A stretch of DNA of 64,000 nt from Gammaproteobacteria bacterium (GCA_018815765.1 JAHIWM010000102.1:45089-109088), one strand, 5' to 3'; positions 39,401 through 46,544 are shown, counted from the first letter of the stretch. A program made the numbers and translations. The notes: generated by a model from the sequence alone, not told the origin.

Positions 39401-39602
39401 GCTGTTAAAAACTTACTGGAGTCTGGTATCTAAAACTGGCATGAACGTTGCAAAATTGAAACCGTTCTATATTCAAAATGACGGTAAACATCACTTATAC
39501 GCCGGCTTCTATAAAGATAAAACAACGGCAGACGAGTTATGTAACAGGCTGGCTAAGCGCGGATTCTCGTGCTCTGTCAAAGAGTTCGAATTTAAGCTCT
39601 AA
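36432..39602 (+). CDS. usher-like outer-membrane assembly protein with C-terminal CarboxypepD_reg-like and SPOR domains
   Basis: 1056 aa with signal peptide AWA/AA. Usher-like N-terminus EIIFDVSLQGYKLSELYAIKSATGYRVGFANLLEILDLPI. Plug-like RRVTIAGQVPVGWDVEVYRNGVLIDRAIAVSEGRYEFLDIELYFGKNEFEIVLYGPQGQ. It then has a long beta-rich region, a GKVYFYDEN...DGYYLFTDVLPGFYRVEI segment, and the SPOR-like tail YAVTMGRFNSAVLLKTYW...HHLYAGFYKDKTTADELCNRLAKRGFSCSV. Confidence 0.5.
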   Translation: MQNKRSLNRIAISVGISLGLWCDLAFWNQAWAAANVDQARTSAAQNKNIFSLIKKLRQNYGATEQIPLSADGNPGNSVNASSSVVSQSAVVGSRFAEGEEIIFDVSLQGYKLSELYAIKSATGYRVGFANLLEILDLPINFSLEQSSANGWFLREDNLVSLDFSTLDQLKAVIGGKTILLSADDYELAADDIYIELAEVSRWFNLTSQVNEEYLKLDLSTKDKLPVITRFERQNRKQVVAAYGSESVLPATGISYTPYSAPLVDMQFGVSHSSISNNAAYAVSSNQDLAYFNSELFVSGNTEETVQSVRFSLNKESAEGDLLPLIPVTRLDVGDVSPYSIGSASSGLSRGVSISNTPLNQLYDNRRVTIAGQVPVGWDVEVYRNGVLIDRAIAVSEGRYEFLDIELYFGKNEFEIVLYGPQGQVETRNENYVIDRNEVLAGQSFYNVSVVELNRSLFDFLFDDRQPNTGWLSSFVFNQGVTDWLAFKAGFSSFDSDIEESQQSAVVGVNLNLAQLALLNSSIRVEKDERTTVDSSLRTELGSTDWSFTYGKTTEDDPLLKNRDSERYGVGFRGGIFGFVNYANSYSVDTYGDGNETVTASNATSLSSSLGAISNSLIYQKVKDPYAFDELRDALAEDDIPFDENGNPDENLDLNNPLIRSERQSTRGVLSYARRFGSVLTRFSSAYQLQPERETISYSASTNIPISEGITTDLRFSYFPQFGRRQYGMGLSWRYSDFIFSAFGNYTDSNSYQIGLSTRLSFGAGSKAENYALSGKQVGPYGGAVVKVYEDKNLNQQHDYGEPLIKNARVKAVQANTEASTGSEGYAVLSGIVSNTKTDIVVDRSSLEDDRMVSTIPGFSISSRKGFWEPLELPVSRTAEIEGKVYFYDENEVQQPATYVGVHLINKAGETVNTTQTEYDGYYLFTDVLPGFYRVEIDKRSSRRKSLRDTDPLVFAVRGGVDILDGTTIVMQQAQLEPGYAVTMGRFNSAVLLKTYWSLVSKTGMNVAKLKPFYIQNDGKHHLYAGFYKDKTTADELCNRLAKRGFSCSVKEFEFKL

Positions 39603-39606
39603 CTGG

Positions 39607-40443
39607 ATGGTATCAAGAATGAATTTTACTCTAAAGTACGGCTTGGGCTTTTGTCTTGCCTCCTCCTTGTTCGGTTGTTCATCAGCTCCGGCTGTAACAG
39701 AGGACAATCAATCAGTCGCAGTAAATGCGGAGATGGAAGAGTGGCGCAAACTAAAACCCGGTGTTCAGCGTTTAATTGCTATGGAATCTGATTTAAAACA
39801 GCTGATTATCCAATTAGACGAATTTGCCAAAGCTACAGATCCTGATTACCAGTCAGATATTGCGCCACAGCATAAAAATACGCAGGTCGATGTTTTGGAC
39901 AAAAATGTTTTCAAAGAAACAGTGGTAACGCCAACACCAGCTGAGCCTGAGCCTGTAACGCCTGTGCTGGCGCAAACTGTGGTCAGTGCAGAAAAATCTG
40001 AAGCTAAAGTTCAGCAGATTGTTGCTGCAACTCAGGCTGAGCCATCAGTTGCCAGAGTTGATCACACTCCGGCAGTTGCTCTGACTGCGCAGCCAACACC
40101 AGAAGTTAAGCCTGAGGTCGAAGCAGTTGTGGAAGAGGTTTCTCCGGTTACAGAAACAGTAAAAGTGCAGCAACGTTACGCTTTACAGCTTGCATCCGTA
40201 GTCAATCCGAATCAATTGGTCAGTACCTGGACCCAGATACAGCGCAGACACAGTTCAATACTCTCAGGAATGGAGCCGCTGTATGAGAAATTTCAGAAAG
40301 GAAAAACCACCTTTTATCGCCTGAAAGCTATGGGCACATTGACTGTAGCCGATGCCCGTAGCGCATGCAGCAGTATTGTAGGGCAGGGCGGCCAGTGTTT
40401 TATCGGTAGCAACAGTGGTGTGAAGAGCGTCACTGAGTTATAA
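39607..40443 (+). CDS. SPOR-domain lipoprotein
   Basis: Lipobox LFGC, with start at ATG 39607 or 39619. It has an N-terminal helical motif, a Pro/Glu/Val-rich linker, and C-terminal SPOR domain YALQLASVVNPNQLVSTW...TTFYRLKAMGTLTVADARSACSSIVGQGGQCFI. The ORF-track start at 39478 overlaps the previous gene. Confidence 0.6.
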   Translation: MVSRMNFTLKYGLGFCLASSLFGCSSAPAVTEDNQSVAVNAEMEEWRKLKPGVQRLIAMESDLKQLIIQLDEFAKATDPDYQSDIAPQHKNTQVDVLDKNVFKETVVTPTPAEPEPVTPVLAQTVVSAEKSEAKVQQIVAATQAEPSVARVDHTPAVALTAQPTPEVKPEVEAVVEEVSPVTETVKVQQRYALQLASVVNPNQLVSTWTQIQRRHSSILSGMEPLYEKFQKGKTTFYRLKAMGTLTVADARSACSSIVGQGGQCFIGSNSGVKSVTEL

Positions 40444-40477
40444 AAGTAGCAGGCTGCTAAGCCTGATAATTGAAAGC

Positions 40478-40506
40478 AAAAAGAGCCTTTATGGCTCTTT
40501 TTTTTG
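40478..40506 (+). terminator. rho-independent terminator of the fibre operon
   Basis: AAAAGAGCC-tttat-GGCTCTTTT followed by a T-run, about 35 nt after the stop at 40443. Confidence 0.7.
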
Positions 40507-40600
40507 CTCTGGGATCCGGGTTTATCTGCTAACTAACCGCCAGTCCACAAAGCTGTTGCGGCTAAAGCTCACTCTGAGTATGAATAAGCTGAAAAGAAGA

Positions 40601-40675
40601 TGGCCGCCCCAACAGGAATCGAACCTGTAACTGCCCCTTAGGAGGGGGCCGTTATATCCATTTAACTATGGAGCG
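40601..40675 (-). tRNA. argW: tRNA-Arg (anticodon CCT)
   Basis: The reverse complement folds as a cloverleaf. Acceptor stem CGCTCCA/TGGGGCG, D-arm GTTAAATGGATATAAC, anticodon stem-loop GCCCC-CTCCTAA-GGGGC, T-arm ACAGG-TTCGATT-CCTGT, discriminator G, encoded CCA. It closely resembles E. coli argW as I recall it. Confidence 0.9.
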
Positions 40676-40782
40676 GACTAGCAGAAGGCACTAAGCTAGC
40701 ACAGCTGGTGGACCCTGTGAACTCCAGTTGAATCAACAGGTTCTTTATTGAACAATAAGCGGCGGTTTTAGCGGATAATTCG

Positions 40783-41940
40783 TTAACGTTGTTCTTTATC
40801 ATTAATCAAAGTTGCGGCATCGCCCACTTGCACATTAGCTAATAAATCCATATTGATACTTTCAGCCCAGGCATTTTGATGGTTCAGCTCTGTGATCTTC
40901 ACTTTCAGCTCACTGACGGTAAGTTGATCCTGCAGTTGACCAAAACTGTCTTTGTGTTGACGACGAAACAGTATCGTCAGCTCATCACCCATTTTTAAGC
41001 CTTGTCTGCTGCCAAGATTCAGCAACACTTTCTGCTGGTTCACCAGTGTAATATCCGCCAGTATAGTTTCACAGCGCAGCGCTTCCTCTACATCCTGGGC
41101 TGCGGCGTTGAGCACCCGCTCAATAGATTTGCCGTAGTCGGTTTGCCAGAAACGCTGGGTTTTCGGGCTGATCACTGTCGTGCTGCGAAAGCCCCATACC
41201 GCAGAGGTCTGATAGGTTTGGCTGAGCAGTACTTTTTGCTCCTGAATATCAGACAACTCCAGTTGCAGCTGATAAAAGCGTTCGCGTTCCTGATCAGACC
41301 AAAAGGTCCAGTTGGTGCCAACGCGCTCTCCTAAAGAAACGTCACCTAAACTGGCTTTGAGTAAATAGCGGCCGCCATAGTTGCGCTGTAAAGCACCACG
41401 CTCGGCATAGCTCAGCTCTTTTTGCCGGATAGATTGGGGCAGTAACTTGAGCAGGCTGGAACCTGAGGATTCCTCCAGCTTCTGAATAAACAGGCTGGTG
41501 CTGGCTTGATCCAGTTCGTACAGTTGCCCTGTAATGGCCTGTTCCCTGTTCTCGATGAAAAAAGGACTTATCAACAGTTCTTTTTTTAGCTGCAGATTAG
41601 CGCACTGGTTTTGATCCGGGTAAATATCCGCACGGATAGTGACATTGATGTAACCATTTTCTTCAGTCTCAGAGACGATTTGTACATTTTGTACTTCACC
41701 CTGAGATTGTAAAAACATGGATTCCTGAGTCAACAAACCGTCCGTCACCTGTTGTACTGTGCGAATGGAGGCTCCTGAGTAAAGCAGAGCCTTACGCACT
41801 GCATCTTCAGTGGCTGCGGTTCTGGCTGCAGTAGTGTCGCCGGTTCGCAACACGGCCTGACCTGTGGCTTCGTACCAATCAGCCGAGGCTGTGCCCGGAA
41901 GCAAGGCCAGCAGTGACAAACTTAGCGCAGATAGACGCAT
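40783..41940 (-). CDS. flgT: flagellar H-ring assembly protein FlgT
   Basis: 385 aa with signal peptide LLALLPGTASA/DW. The N-terminal WYEATGQAVLRTGDTTAARTAATEDAVRKALLYSGASI matches the LPP20/FlgT N-domain pattern. Position beside flgP matches Vibrio. Confidence 0.7.
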   Translation of the reverse strand: MRLSALSLSLLALLPGTASADWYEATGQAVLRTGDTTAARTAATEDAVRKALLYSGASIRTVQQVTDGLLTQESMFLQSQGEVQNVQIVSETEENGYINVTIRADIYPDQNQCANLQLKKELLISPFFIENREQAITGQLYELDQASTSLFIQKLEESSGSSLLKLLPQSIRQKELSYAERGALQRNYGGRYLLKASLGDVSLGERVGTNWTFWSDQERERFYQLQLELSDIQEQKVLLSQTYQTSAVWGFRSTTVISPKTQRFWQTDYGKSIERVLNAAAQDVEEALRCETILADITLVNQQKVLLNLGSRQGLKMGDELTILFRRQHKDSFGQLQDQLTVSELKVKITELNHQNAWAESINMDLLANVQVGDAATLINDKEQR

Positions 41941-41974
41941 GACAAACCCTCAATAAAATAACTACCTGATGAGA

Positions 41975-41990
41975 AGCAAAAGCTATGCCT
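41975..41990 (-). promoter_or_regulatory. sigma54 promoter of flgT
   Basis: The minus strand reads AGGCAT-AGCTT-TTGCT with exact GG/GC spacing, about 35 nt upstream of ATG 41940. Confidence 0.6.
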
Positions 41991-42030
41991 GAATGTGTAT
42001 TTTGCGCTATAAAAAATCAATTTATAGAAA

Positions 42031-42046
42031 AGGCACGGATTGTGCA
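42031..42046 (+). promoter_or_regulatory. sigma54 promoter of flgP
   Basis: AGGCACG-GATT-GTGCA with exact spacing, 49 nt upstream of ATG 42095. Confidence 0.6.
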
Positions 42047-42094
42047 TTATTTACTGCAATGAACCTAAGCAGAAATGGGCAGAGGCACGCCATT

Positions 42095-42550
42095 ATGAAC
42101 AAACTGACAATCAGCGCATTGTTACTGACCTTATTACCGGGCTGTAGTCTGGTGTCTGACCGCCATGTTGAATGGGAAACTGTTGAACCAGAACGTTTTC
42201 CAGTGTTAAAAGCCGTGGGTTATGCGCCATTAAGTCAGCAACCAGGAGCCAGTGAGCAGGAACGAATGCTAATGGCGATGAAAGCCTCTAAGCTTGAAGC
42301 TTACAGAGAACTGGCTGAACAGGTGTATGGCCAAAGAATTGACGCTCAAGCCAATATGCAGCAAATGATGGTAGGTAACGATCAATTGAGTTCTTCGGTT
42401 AGCGGTATTATTCGGGGTGCCCGTGTGGTGAAAACTTACCCTGTAGGTGATGTGTATGCCACAGAACTCGAGCTGGACTTTAAGCAAGTGTACGATTTAT
42501 ACCTGAATAGTCAGCCAGCCCGCCGTATTAAAAATGTGAAGTACTACTGA
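42095..42550 (+). CDS. flgP: flagellar outer-membrane lipoprotein FlgP (LPP20 family)
   Basis: 151 aa from ATG 42095 with lipobox LLPGC. LPP20-like MLMAMKASKLEAYRELAEQVYG segment. The ORF-track start at 41993 precedes the promoter motif. Confidence 0.7.
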   Translation: MNKLTISALLLTLLPGCSLVSDRHVEWETVEPERFPVLKAVGYAPLSQQPGASEQERMLMAMKASKLEAYRELAEQVYGQRIDAQANMQQMMVGNDQLSSSVSGIIRGARVVKTYPVGDVYATELELDFKQVYDLYLNSQPARRIKNVKYY

Positions 42551-42607
42551 AATTGGGGTCAGAGTAAAATTAATTGCTAGGTAATTAATTTTACTCTGAC
42601 CCCAATT
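42550..42607. repeat. palindromic intergenic repeat, subfamily A copy 3
   Basis: AAATTGGGGTCAGAGTAAAATTAATT-gctaggt-AATTAATTTTACTCTGACCCCAATTT exactly fills the gap between the convergent flgP and flgN stops. Confidence 0.85.
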
Positions 42608-43042
42608 TCAGGCTTTGATCCCTGGGCCTTTATCCACCTGAGCGGCTTTACCTTTATTGGTGTAGGTTAAACCAGCACGGCCACGGCTTTGCAACAGTTC
42701 TGTTTTAAAACGTTCAATAACTAGCTGGCTTTGTTCCACGCTTTGGCTGTTCACCTGATTTTGAAACTTACACTGTGCCAGCTTATCTTCCAGCCGTTGT
42801 AAGTGTTCTTTAAACCAATCTTGCAACTTAGCTTCGCCAAGCTCTGGTGATGCGGTCAGTTGCTCGTCTGTGGCCTGAACTAAATCAAGGGTTTGAATTT
42901 TTTCATCAGTATTAGTTTTTAGTGCTTCAACATCACGGGTCCGGATGGCGTCCAGTTCCTTATGAAGCAACAAAAGCAGCACATCCAGGTGCTGCTCTTG
43001 CTCATTTAACAGGGTGAGGATAGAAGAGTGGGCGCTACTCAT
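42608..43042 (-). CDS. flgN: flagellar export chaperone FlgN
   Basis: 144 aa, helical. LLNEQEQHLDVLLLLLHKELDAIRTRD matches the FlgN pattern. There is a 4-nt overlap with flgM upstream. Confidence 0.75.
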   Translation of the reverse strand: MSSAHSSILTLLNEQEQHLDVLLLLLHKELDAIRTRDVEALKTNTDEKIQTLDLVQATDEQLTASPELGEAKLQDWFKEHLQRLEDKLAQCKFQNQVNSQSVEQSQLVIERFKTELLQSRGRAGLTYTNKGKAAQVDKGPGIKA

Positions 43043-43380
43043 TTTTTACTAAAAAACTCGCCTTCAAACTGTACGATACGACGTGCCAGTTGTTCTACGT
43101 TCACTTTGTATTTGCCTTCGGAAATCTCTTGTTTGATCTTATCCACTTTCTCTTGATCAATACCTGAGCTGGCTTTCGCTTTTTCCTGGGCTTTGCTGAA
43201 TTGCTGTGCCTGAGAAGTCAGCGATACTGAATCCTGTTTCTGTGCAGCCGTGCCTGTAGTGGTCTGCTGCTGGACAGCCTGTTGCTGTGCAACCTGCTGT
43301 TTCTGAACATTTTGTTGTTCTACTTTGTCAGCTTTCACTTGTTGAGTGACAGGCTGACCTGTGTTCACATTAATCGCCAT
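43039..43380 (-). CDS. flgM: anti-sigma-28 factor FlgM
   Basis: 113 aa with a Q-rich disordered N-terminus. C-terminal IDQEKVDKIKQEISEGKYKVNVEQLARRIV is the sigma28-binding helix region. Confidence 0.85.
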   Translation of the reverse strand: MAINVNTGQPVTQQVKADKVEQQNVQKQQVAQQQAVQQQTTTGTAAQKQDSVSLTSQAQQFSKAQEKAKASSGIDQEKVDKIKQEISEGKYKVNVEQLARRIVQFEGEFFSKK

Positions 43381-43421
43381 TTTTCTACCCTCTTAATCCG
43401 GTTTCGGATCCCTTACTTTGT

Positions 43422-43448
43422 ATAACGGCAGCACCTAATAAAACTTTA
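43422..43448 (-). promoter_or_regulatory. sigma28-type promoter of flgMN
   Basis: The minus strand reads TAAAGTTT-N11-GCCGTTAT, 41 nt upstream of the flgM ATG, in the flgA-flgM spacer. Confidence 0.55.
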
Positions 43449-43456
43449 GATATTAT

Positions 43457-44158
43457 TTAAAATTTTATTGCAACTTTTTTCACCGCAACTACTTCTGCAA
43501 CTACGGTTCTGTTGGACTGCCTGTTTGTCACCTGTATCTGGTCGCCCAAAATGCCATCCATTTGCGCTATACCAACAGTTCTGACTTCAAGACCGTTATT
43601 CAAACCACTAATTGTAACTATATCGCCTTTACATACAAGACAAAGATCCTGCAATGTGACAACTTGCCCGGTAGACAGGCTTCTTTTTACCCGCGCACCC
43701 AACACCAGGGCGGGGTTTTTAATTAAAGAACCACGAGCCAGTCGTAGATCGGTTTGACCCAGCGTCAACATATCGGCCGTAATCAAAGAACCTAAAGCGA
43801 TATTTCGCGAACTATGCACAGCTTCAGTTTGCTGAGTAAAACGCGCTGATAGAAAAAGTTGCCAGGGTTGTGGGCTTTGGCAGCGAATTTGTACTGTAGC
43901 CTGATTGTTCACAGGGCCGGCAAAACTAAACTGTAAAGGTTGATCACATTCTTTATCAGCTAAACGTGAATCCAGCGTCGAAATCTGGCCTTCAGCACCT
44001 GCCGGAACTTCTTTTTGCTGCTTTAACCAGTCTGCTGTTGCCGCAGTCAATTGTTGTGGGCTAAAACTTGCCGCCTGTAGTGAAAATGCCGCACAAAAAA
44101 CACTGGCTGTAAAAGCGCAGAACAGTGGGTATTTCAAAAATTTATCGTACATTTTCAT
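43457..44158 (-). CDS. flgA: flagellar P-ring formation chaperone FlgA
   Basis: 233 aa with a signal peptide. The C-terminal SAF-like region KGDIVTISGLNNGLEVRTVGIAQMDGILGDQIQVTN is typical of FlgA. Confidence 0.8.
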   Translation of the reverse strand: MKMYDKFLKYPLFCAFTASVFCAAFSLQAASFSPQQLTAATADWLKQQKEVPAGAEGQISTLDSRLADKECDQPLQFSFAGPVNNQATVQIRCQSPQPWQLFLSARFTQQTEAVHSSRNIALGSLITADMLTLGQTDLRLARGSLIKNPALVLGARVKRSLSTGQVVTLQDLCLVCKGDIVTISGLNNGLEVRTVGIAQMDGILGDQIQVTNRQSNRTVVAEVVAVKKVAIKF

Positions 44159-44245
44159 ATGGTTTCAGCTATGCTTTATCGGCAAAGGGTTATAACATAC
44201 TTAAGTATGTCAATTTTCAGTCATTTTTTATCCTAGAGTGACCTA

Positions 44246-44261
44246 AGCAAGAATCGTTCCC
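44246..44261 (-). promoter_or_regulatory. sigma54-like motif upstream of flgA
   Basis: The minus strand reads GGGAACG-ATTC-TTGCT. The -12 element is perfect; the -24 element has GGaAC instead of GGCAC. It lies about 88 nt upstream of ATG 44158. Confidence 0.4.
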
Positions 44262-44303
44262 GATTTCTAAGATCACTAATTCTTTCACGCAGGGGAGTCT
44301 TCT

Positions 44304-45233
44304 ATGGCGGGTATTCTGGATTCAGTCAATCAGCGCACTCAATTGGTAGGGCAGAACAGACTGGAGCTTTTATTATTCCGCTTACAGGGTCGCCAGCGTT
44401 TTGGCATTAACGTGTTTAAAGTACGTGAAGTGCTGCAATGCCCTCCGTTAACAGCCATCCCTAAACGTAATAAGTATGTCAGAGGTATAGCCCATATTCG
44501 TGGCCAGACCATTTCTGTGATTGATTTAAGTCTGGCGACTGGCGGGCGTGCCATCGAAAACACCAAAGACTGCTTTATCATCATCGCCGAGTACAATCGC
44601 TCTGTGCAGGGATTTTTAGTGCAGTCGGTCGAGCGTATTATCAATATCAACTGGGCCTCTATTATGCCGCCGCCAAAAGGCACTGGTGGTAAACAGAGTT
44701 ATCTGACCGCAATCACTGAGATTGATAAAGAGCTGGTTGAGATTATTGATGTTGAAAAAATTCTGGAAGAAATTTCACCGTCACCTACTACTATAAGCAG
44801 CAATGTCGCAACCTCGACGATCAGTGAGGATTTAGGCGACAGATTAATTCTGATTGCAGATGACTCAGCTGTTGCGCGTAATCAGGTGAAAAGAGCGTTG
44901 GAAGGCTTAGGGGTGCAGATGCATCTGGTCAACAATGGTCGTGAAGCTTTAAACTATTTACAGGAAACTGCGGCTGCCTGTCAAAATTCGGTCACTGATA
45001 AAGTAGGTTTGTTGATTTCTGATATCGAAATGCCGGAAATGGATGGGTATACCCTGACAGCCGAAATCCGCCTTGACCCGAAGCTTAAGCCATTACATGT
45101 TATTTTACATACGTCACTCAGTGGGGTATTTAACCAGCAGATGGTGCAGAAAGTAGGCGCAGACGATTTTATTGCGAAATTTAACCCAGATGAATTAGCC
45201 GAATCCGTGCGGAAATGGTTGCATACTGATTAG
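44304..45233 (+). CDS. cheV: chemotaxis coupling protein CheV (CheW-like + receiver)
   Basis: 309 aa. CheW-like N-terminus (ELLLFRLQGRQRFGINVFKVREV) and a C-terminal REC domain (ILIADDSAVARN...DIEMPEMDG). Confidence 0.85.
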   Translation: MAGILDSVNQRTQLVGQNRLELLLFRLQGRQRFGINVFKVREVLQCPPLTAIPKRNKYVRGIAHIRGQTISVIDLSLATGGRAIENTKDCFIIIAEYNRSVQGFLVQSVERIININWASIMPPPKGTGGKQSYLTAITEIDKELVEIIDVEKILEEISPSPTTISSNVATSTISEDLGDRLILIADDSAVARNQVKRALEGLGVQMHLVNNGREALNYLQETAAACQNSVTDKVGLLISDIEMPEMDGYTLTAEIRLDPKLKPLHVILHTSLSGVFNQQMVQKVGADDFIAKFNPDELAESVRKWLHTD

Positions 45234-45240
45234 AGGTTTT

Positions 45241-46080
45241 ATGTTAGTGGCAAACAAAGAGCTGCAGGAAAGTGAGTATCGTCTGTTTCGGGATTTCCTG
45301 GAGCAGCAATGTGGTATTGTACTGGGCGATAACAAACAGTATCTGGTTAAAAGCCGTCTGGCGCCTTTAATGCAGCGCTTTGGCTTGTCGTCCTTGTCCG
45401 AGTTGTTAAACAAAACCTTAAGCCCGTTCGAGAGGCAACTACGTTCCGCTGTTATTGACGCTATGACAACCAACGAAACCTTATGGTTTCGTGACAACTA
45501 TCCCTATGAGCTGTTGAAAAAACAAATCCTGCCTGAATTTGAGAAAGATCATAAAACCGTCAAGATTTGGTCGGCGGCCAGTTCTTCTGGTCAGGAACCA
45601 TACTCTATTGCCATGACAGGGCTGGAATACCAGCAGGGCCGACCCTCTGCTTTCCCTCTGGGTTTACATATTCTGGGTACTGATATCTCCAATGCCATGC
45701 TGGAACACTGCCAACGGGCTGAATACGACGGTTTGGCTTTATCCCGGGGTTTATCACCAGAGCGGCGTAGTAAATTTTTTGACGATTCCGGTAACGGCAT
45801 GATGCGGCTAAAAGATGCCGTCCGTAAAAACGTTTCATTCCGTCATTTAAACCTGCTCGACAGCTATACGCTGTTAGGCAAATTTGACATTATTTTCTGC
45901 CGGAATGTACTGATTTACTTTTCTCCTGAAGTAAAAATCAAAATTATCAAACAGTTCTCGCAAGCCCTGAACCCGCGTGGTTACTTGTTTCTTGGGGCTT
46001 CTGAATCCCTTTCCAGCCTGAACAACGACTTTGATATGGTGCGTTGTAATCCAGGCATTGTGTACCGCAAAAAAGTCTGA
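45241..46080 (+). CDS. cheR: chemotaxis protein methyltransferase CheR
   Basis: 279 aa. Motifs TTNETLWFRD, SAM-binding IWSAASSSGQEPYSIAM, and FCRNVLIYF. Confidence 0.9.
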   Translation: MLVANKELQESEYRLFRDFLEQQCGIVLGDNKQYLVKSRLAPLMQRFGLSSLSELLNKTLSPFERQLRSAVIDAMTTNETLWFRDNYPYELLKKQILPEFEKDHKTVKIWSAASSSGQEPYSIAMTGLEYQQGRPSAFPLGLHILGTDISNAMLEHCQRAEYDGLALSRGLSPERRSKFFDDSGNGMMRLKDAVRKNVSFRHLNLLDSYTLLGKFDIIFCRNVLIYFSPEVKIKIIKQFSQALNPRGYLFLGASESLSSLNNDFDMVRCNPGIVYRKKV

Positions 46081-46090
46081 TTAAAAATTC

Positions 46091-46106
46091 TGGCCTGAGT
46101 TTTGCT
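46091..46106 (+). promoter_or_regulatory. sigma54 promoter of flgBCDE
   Basis: TGGCCT-GAGTT-TTGCT with exact spacing, about 37 nt upstream of ATG 46143. Confidence 0.65.
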
Positions 46107-46142
46107 TAGTATTTGCCATCTCTGAAAGACAGGATGGCAATA

Positions 46143-46544
46143 ATGGCAATCAGCTTCGACAAAGCATTTGGGCTTCACCCCGATGCGCTACTGATCCATG
46201 ATAAACGTTCTCAAGTCTTGGCCGAAAATATCGCAAATGCCGATACTCCGGGTTACAAGGCAAAAGACATGAATTTTCAAACTGCATTAGCAGGTGCTCA
46301 GTCGCGCCAATCAGGTTCGCTTGGCCGCACTGATCCTAAGCATTTTGAAATATCTACTGCCCGCCATGCTGACTCTCAGTACCGTATTCCTAATCAGCCT
46401 GATACCGGGGATGGCAACACCGTTGACATTCACGAAGAGCGAAACGCTTTTACGCGTAATAGCATGGAGTATCAAACCACACTGAATTTCCTGAACAGTC
46501 GTATTAGCGGCCTGAAAAAAGCCATTACCGGAGGTACTCAATAA
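46143..46544 (+). CDS. flgB: flagellar proximal rod protein FlgB
   Basis: MAISFDKAFGLH... matches Vibrio-type FlgB N-termini. NIANADTPGYKA rod motif. AGGA lies 8 nt upstream. The ORF-track TTG at 46113 falls at the predicted transcription start. Confidence 0.9.
   Translation: MAISFDKAFGLHPDALLIHDKRSQVLAENIANADTPGYKAKDMNFQTALAGAQSRQSGSLGRTDPKHFEISTARHADSQYRIPNQPDTGDGNTVDIHEERNAFTRNSMEYQTTLNFLNSRISGLKKAITGGTQ

Noticed and set aside
39478-39606. N-terminal extension of the SPOR-lipoprotein ORF in the track
   Set aside because: It overlaps the end of the usher-like gene in another frame. The lipoprotein signal peptide begins at ATG 39607 or 39619.
33962-40782. Calling the fibre operon a mobile genomic island at tRNA-Arg
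   Set aside because: No integrase, transposase, or direct repeat of the tRNA 3' end is visible. I report the synteny break only as an observation, not as a mobile element.
44176-44183. Perfect GCCGATAA (minus strand) just upstream of flgA
   Set aside because: The matching -35 element is poor (TAAGTATG). The -10 element ends only 17 nt before the ATG. It is more likely chance, or at best a minor promoter, and I did not call it.
44241-44266. CTAAGCAAG...CCGATTTC as a possible sigma28 promoter for cheV
   Set aside because: The spacing between the TAAG and CCGAT elements is about 4 nt too short, and the -10 element is degenerate. The same bases fit better as a minus-strand sigma54-like motif for flgA.
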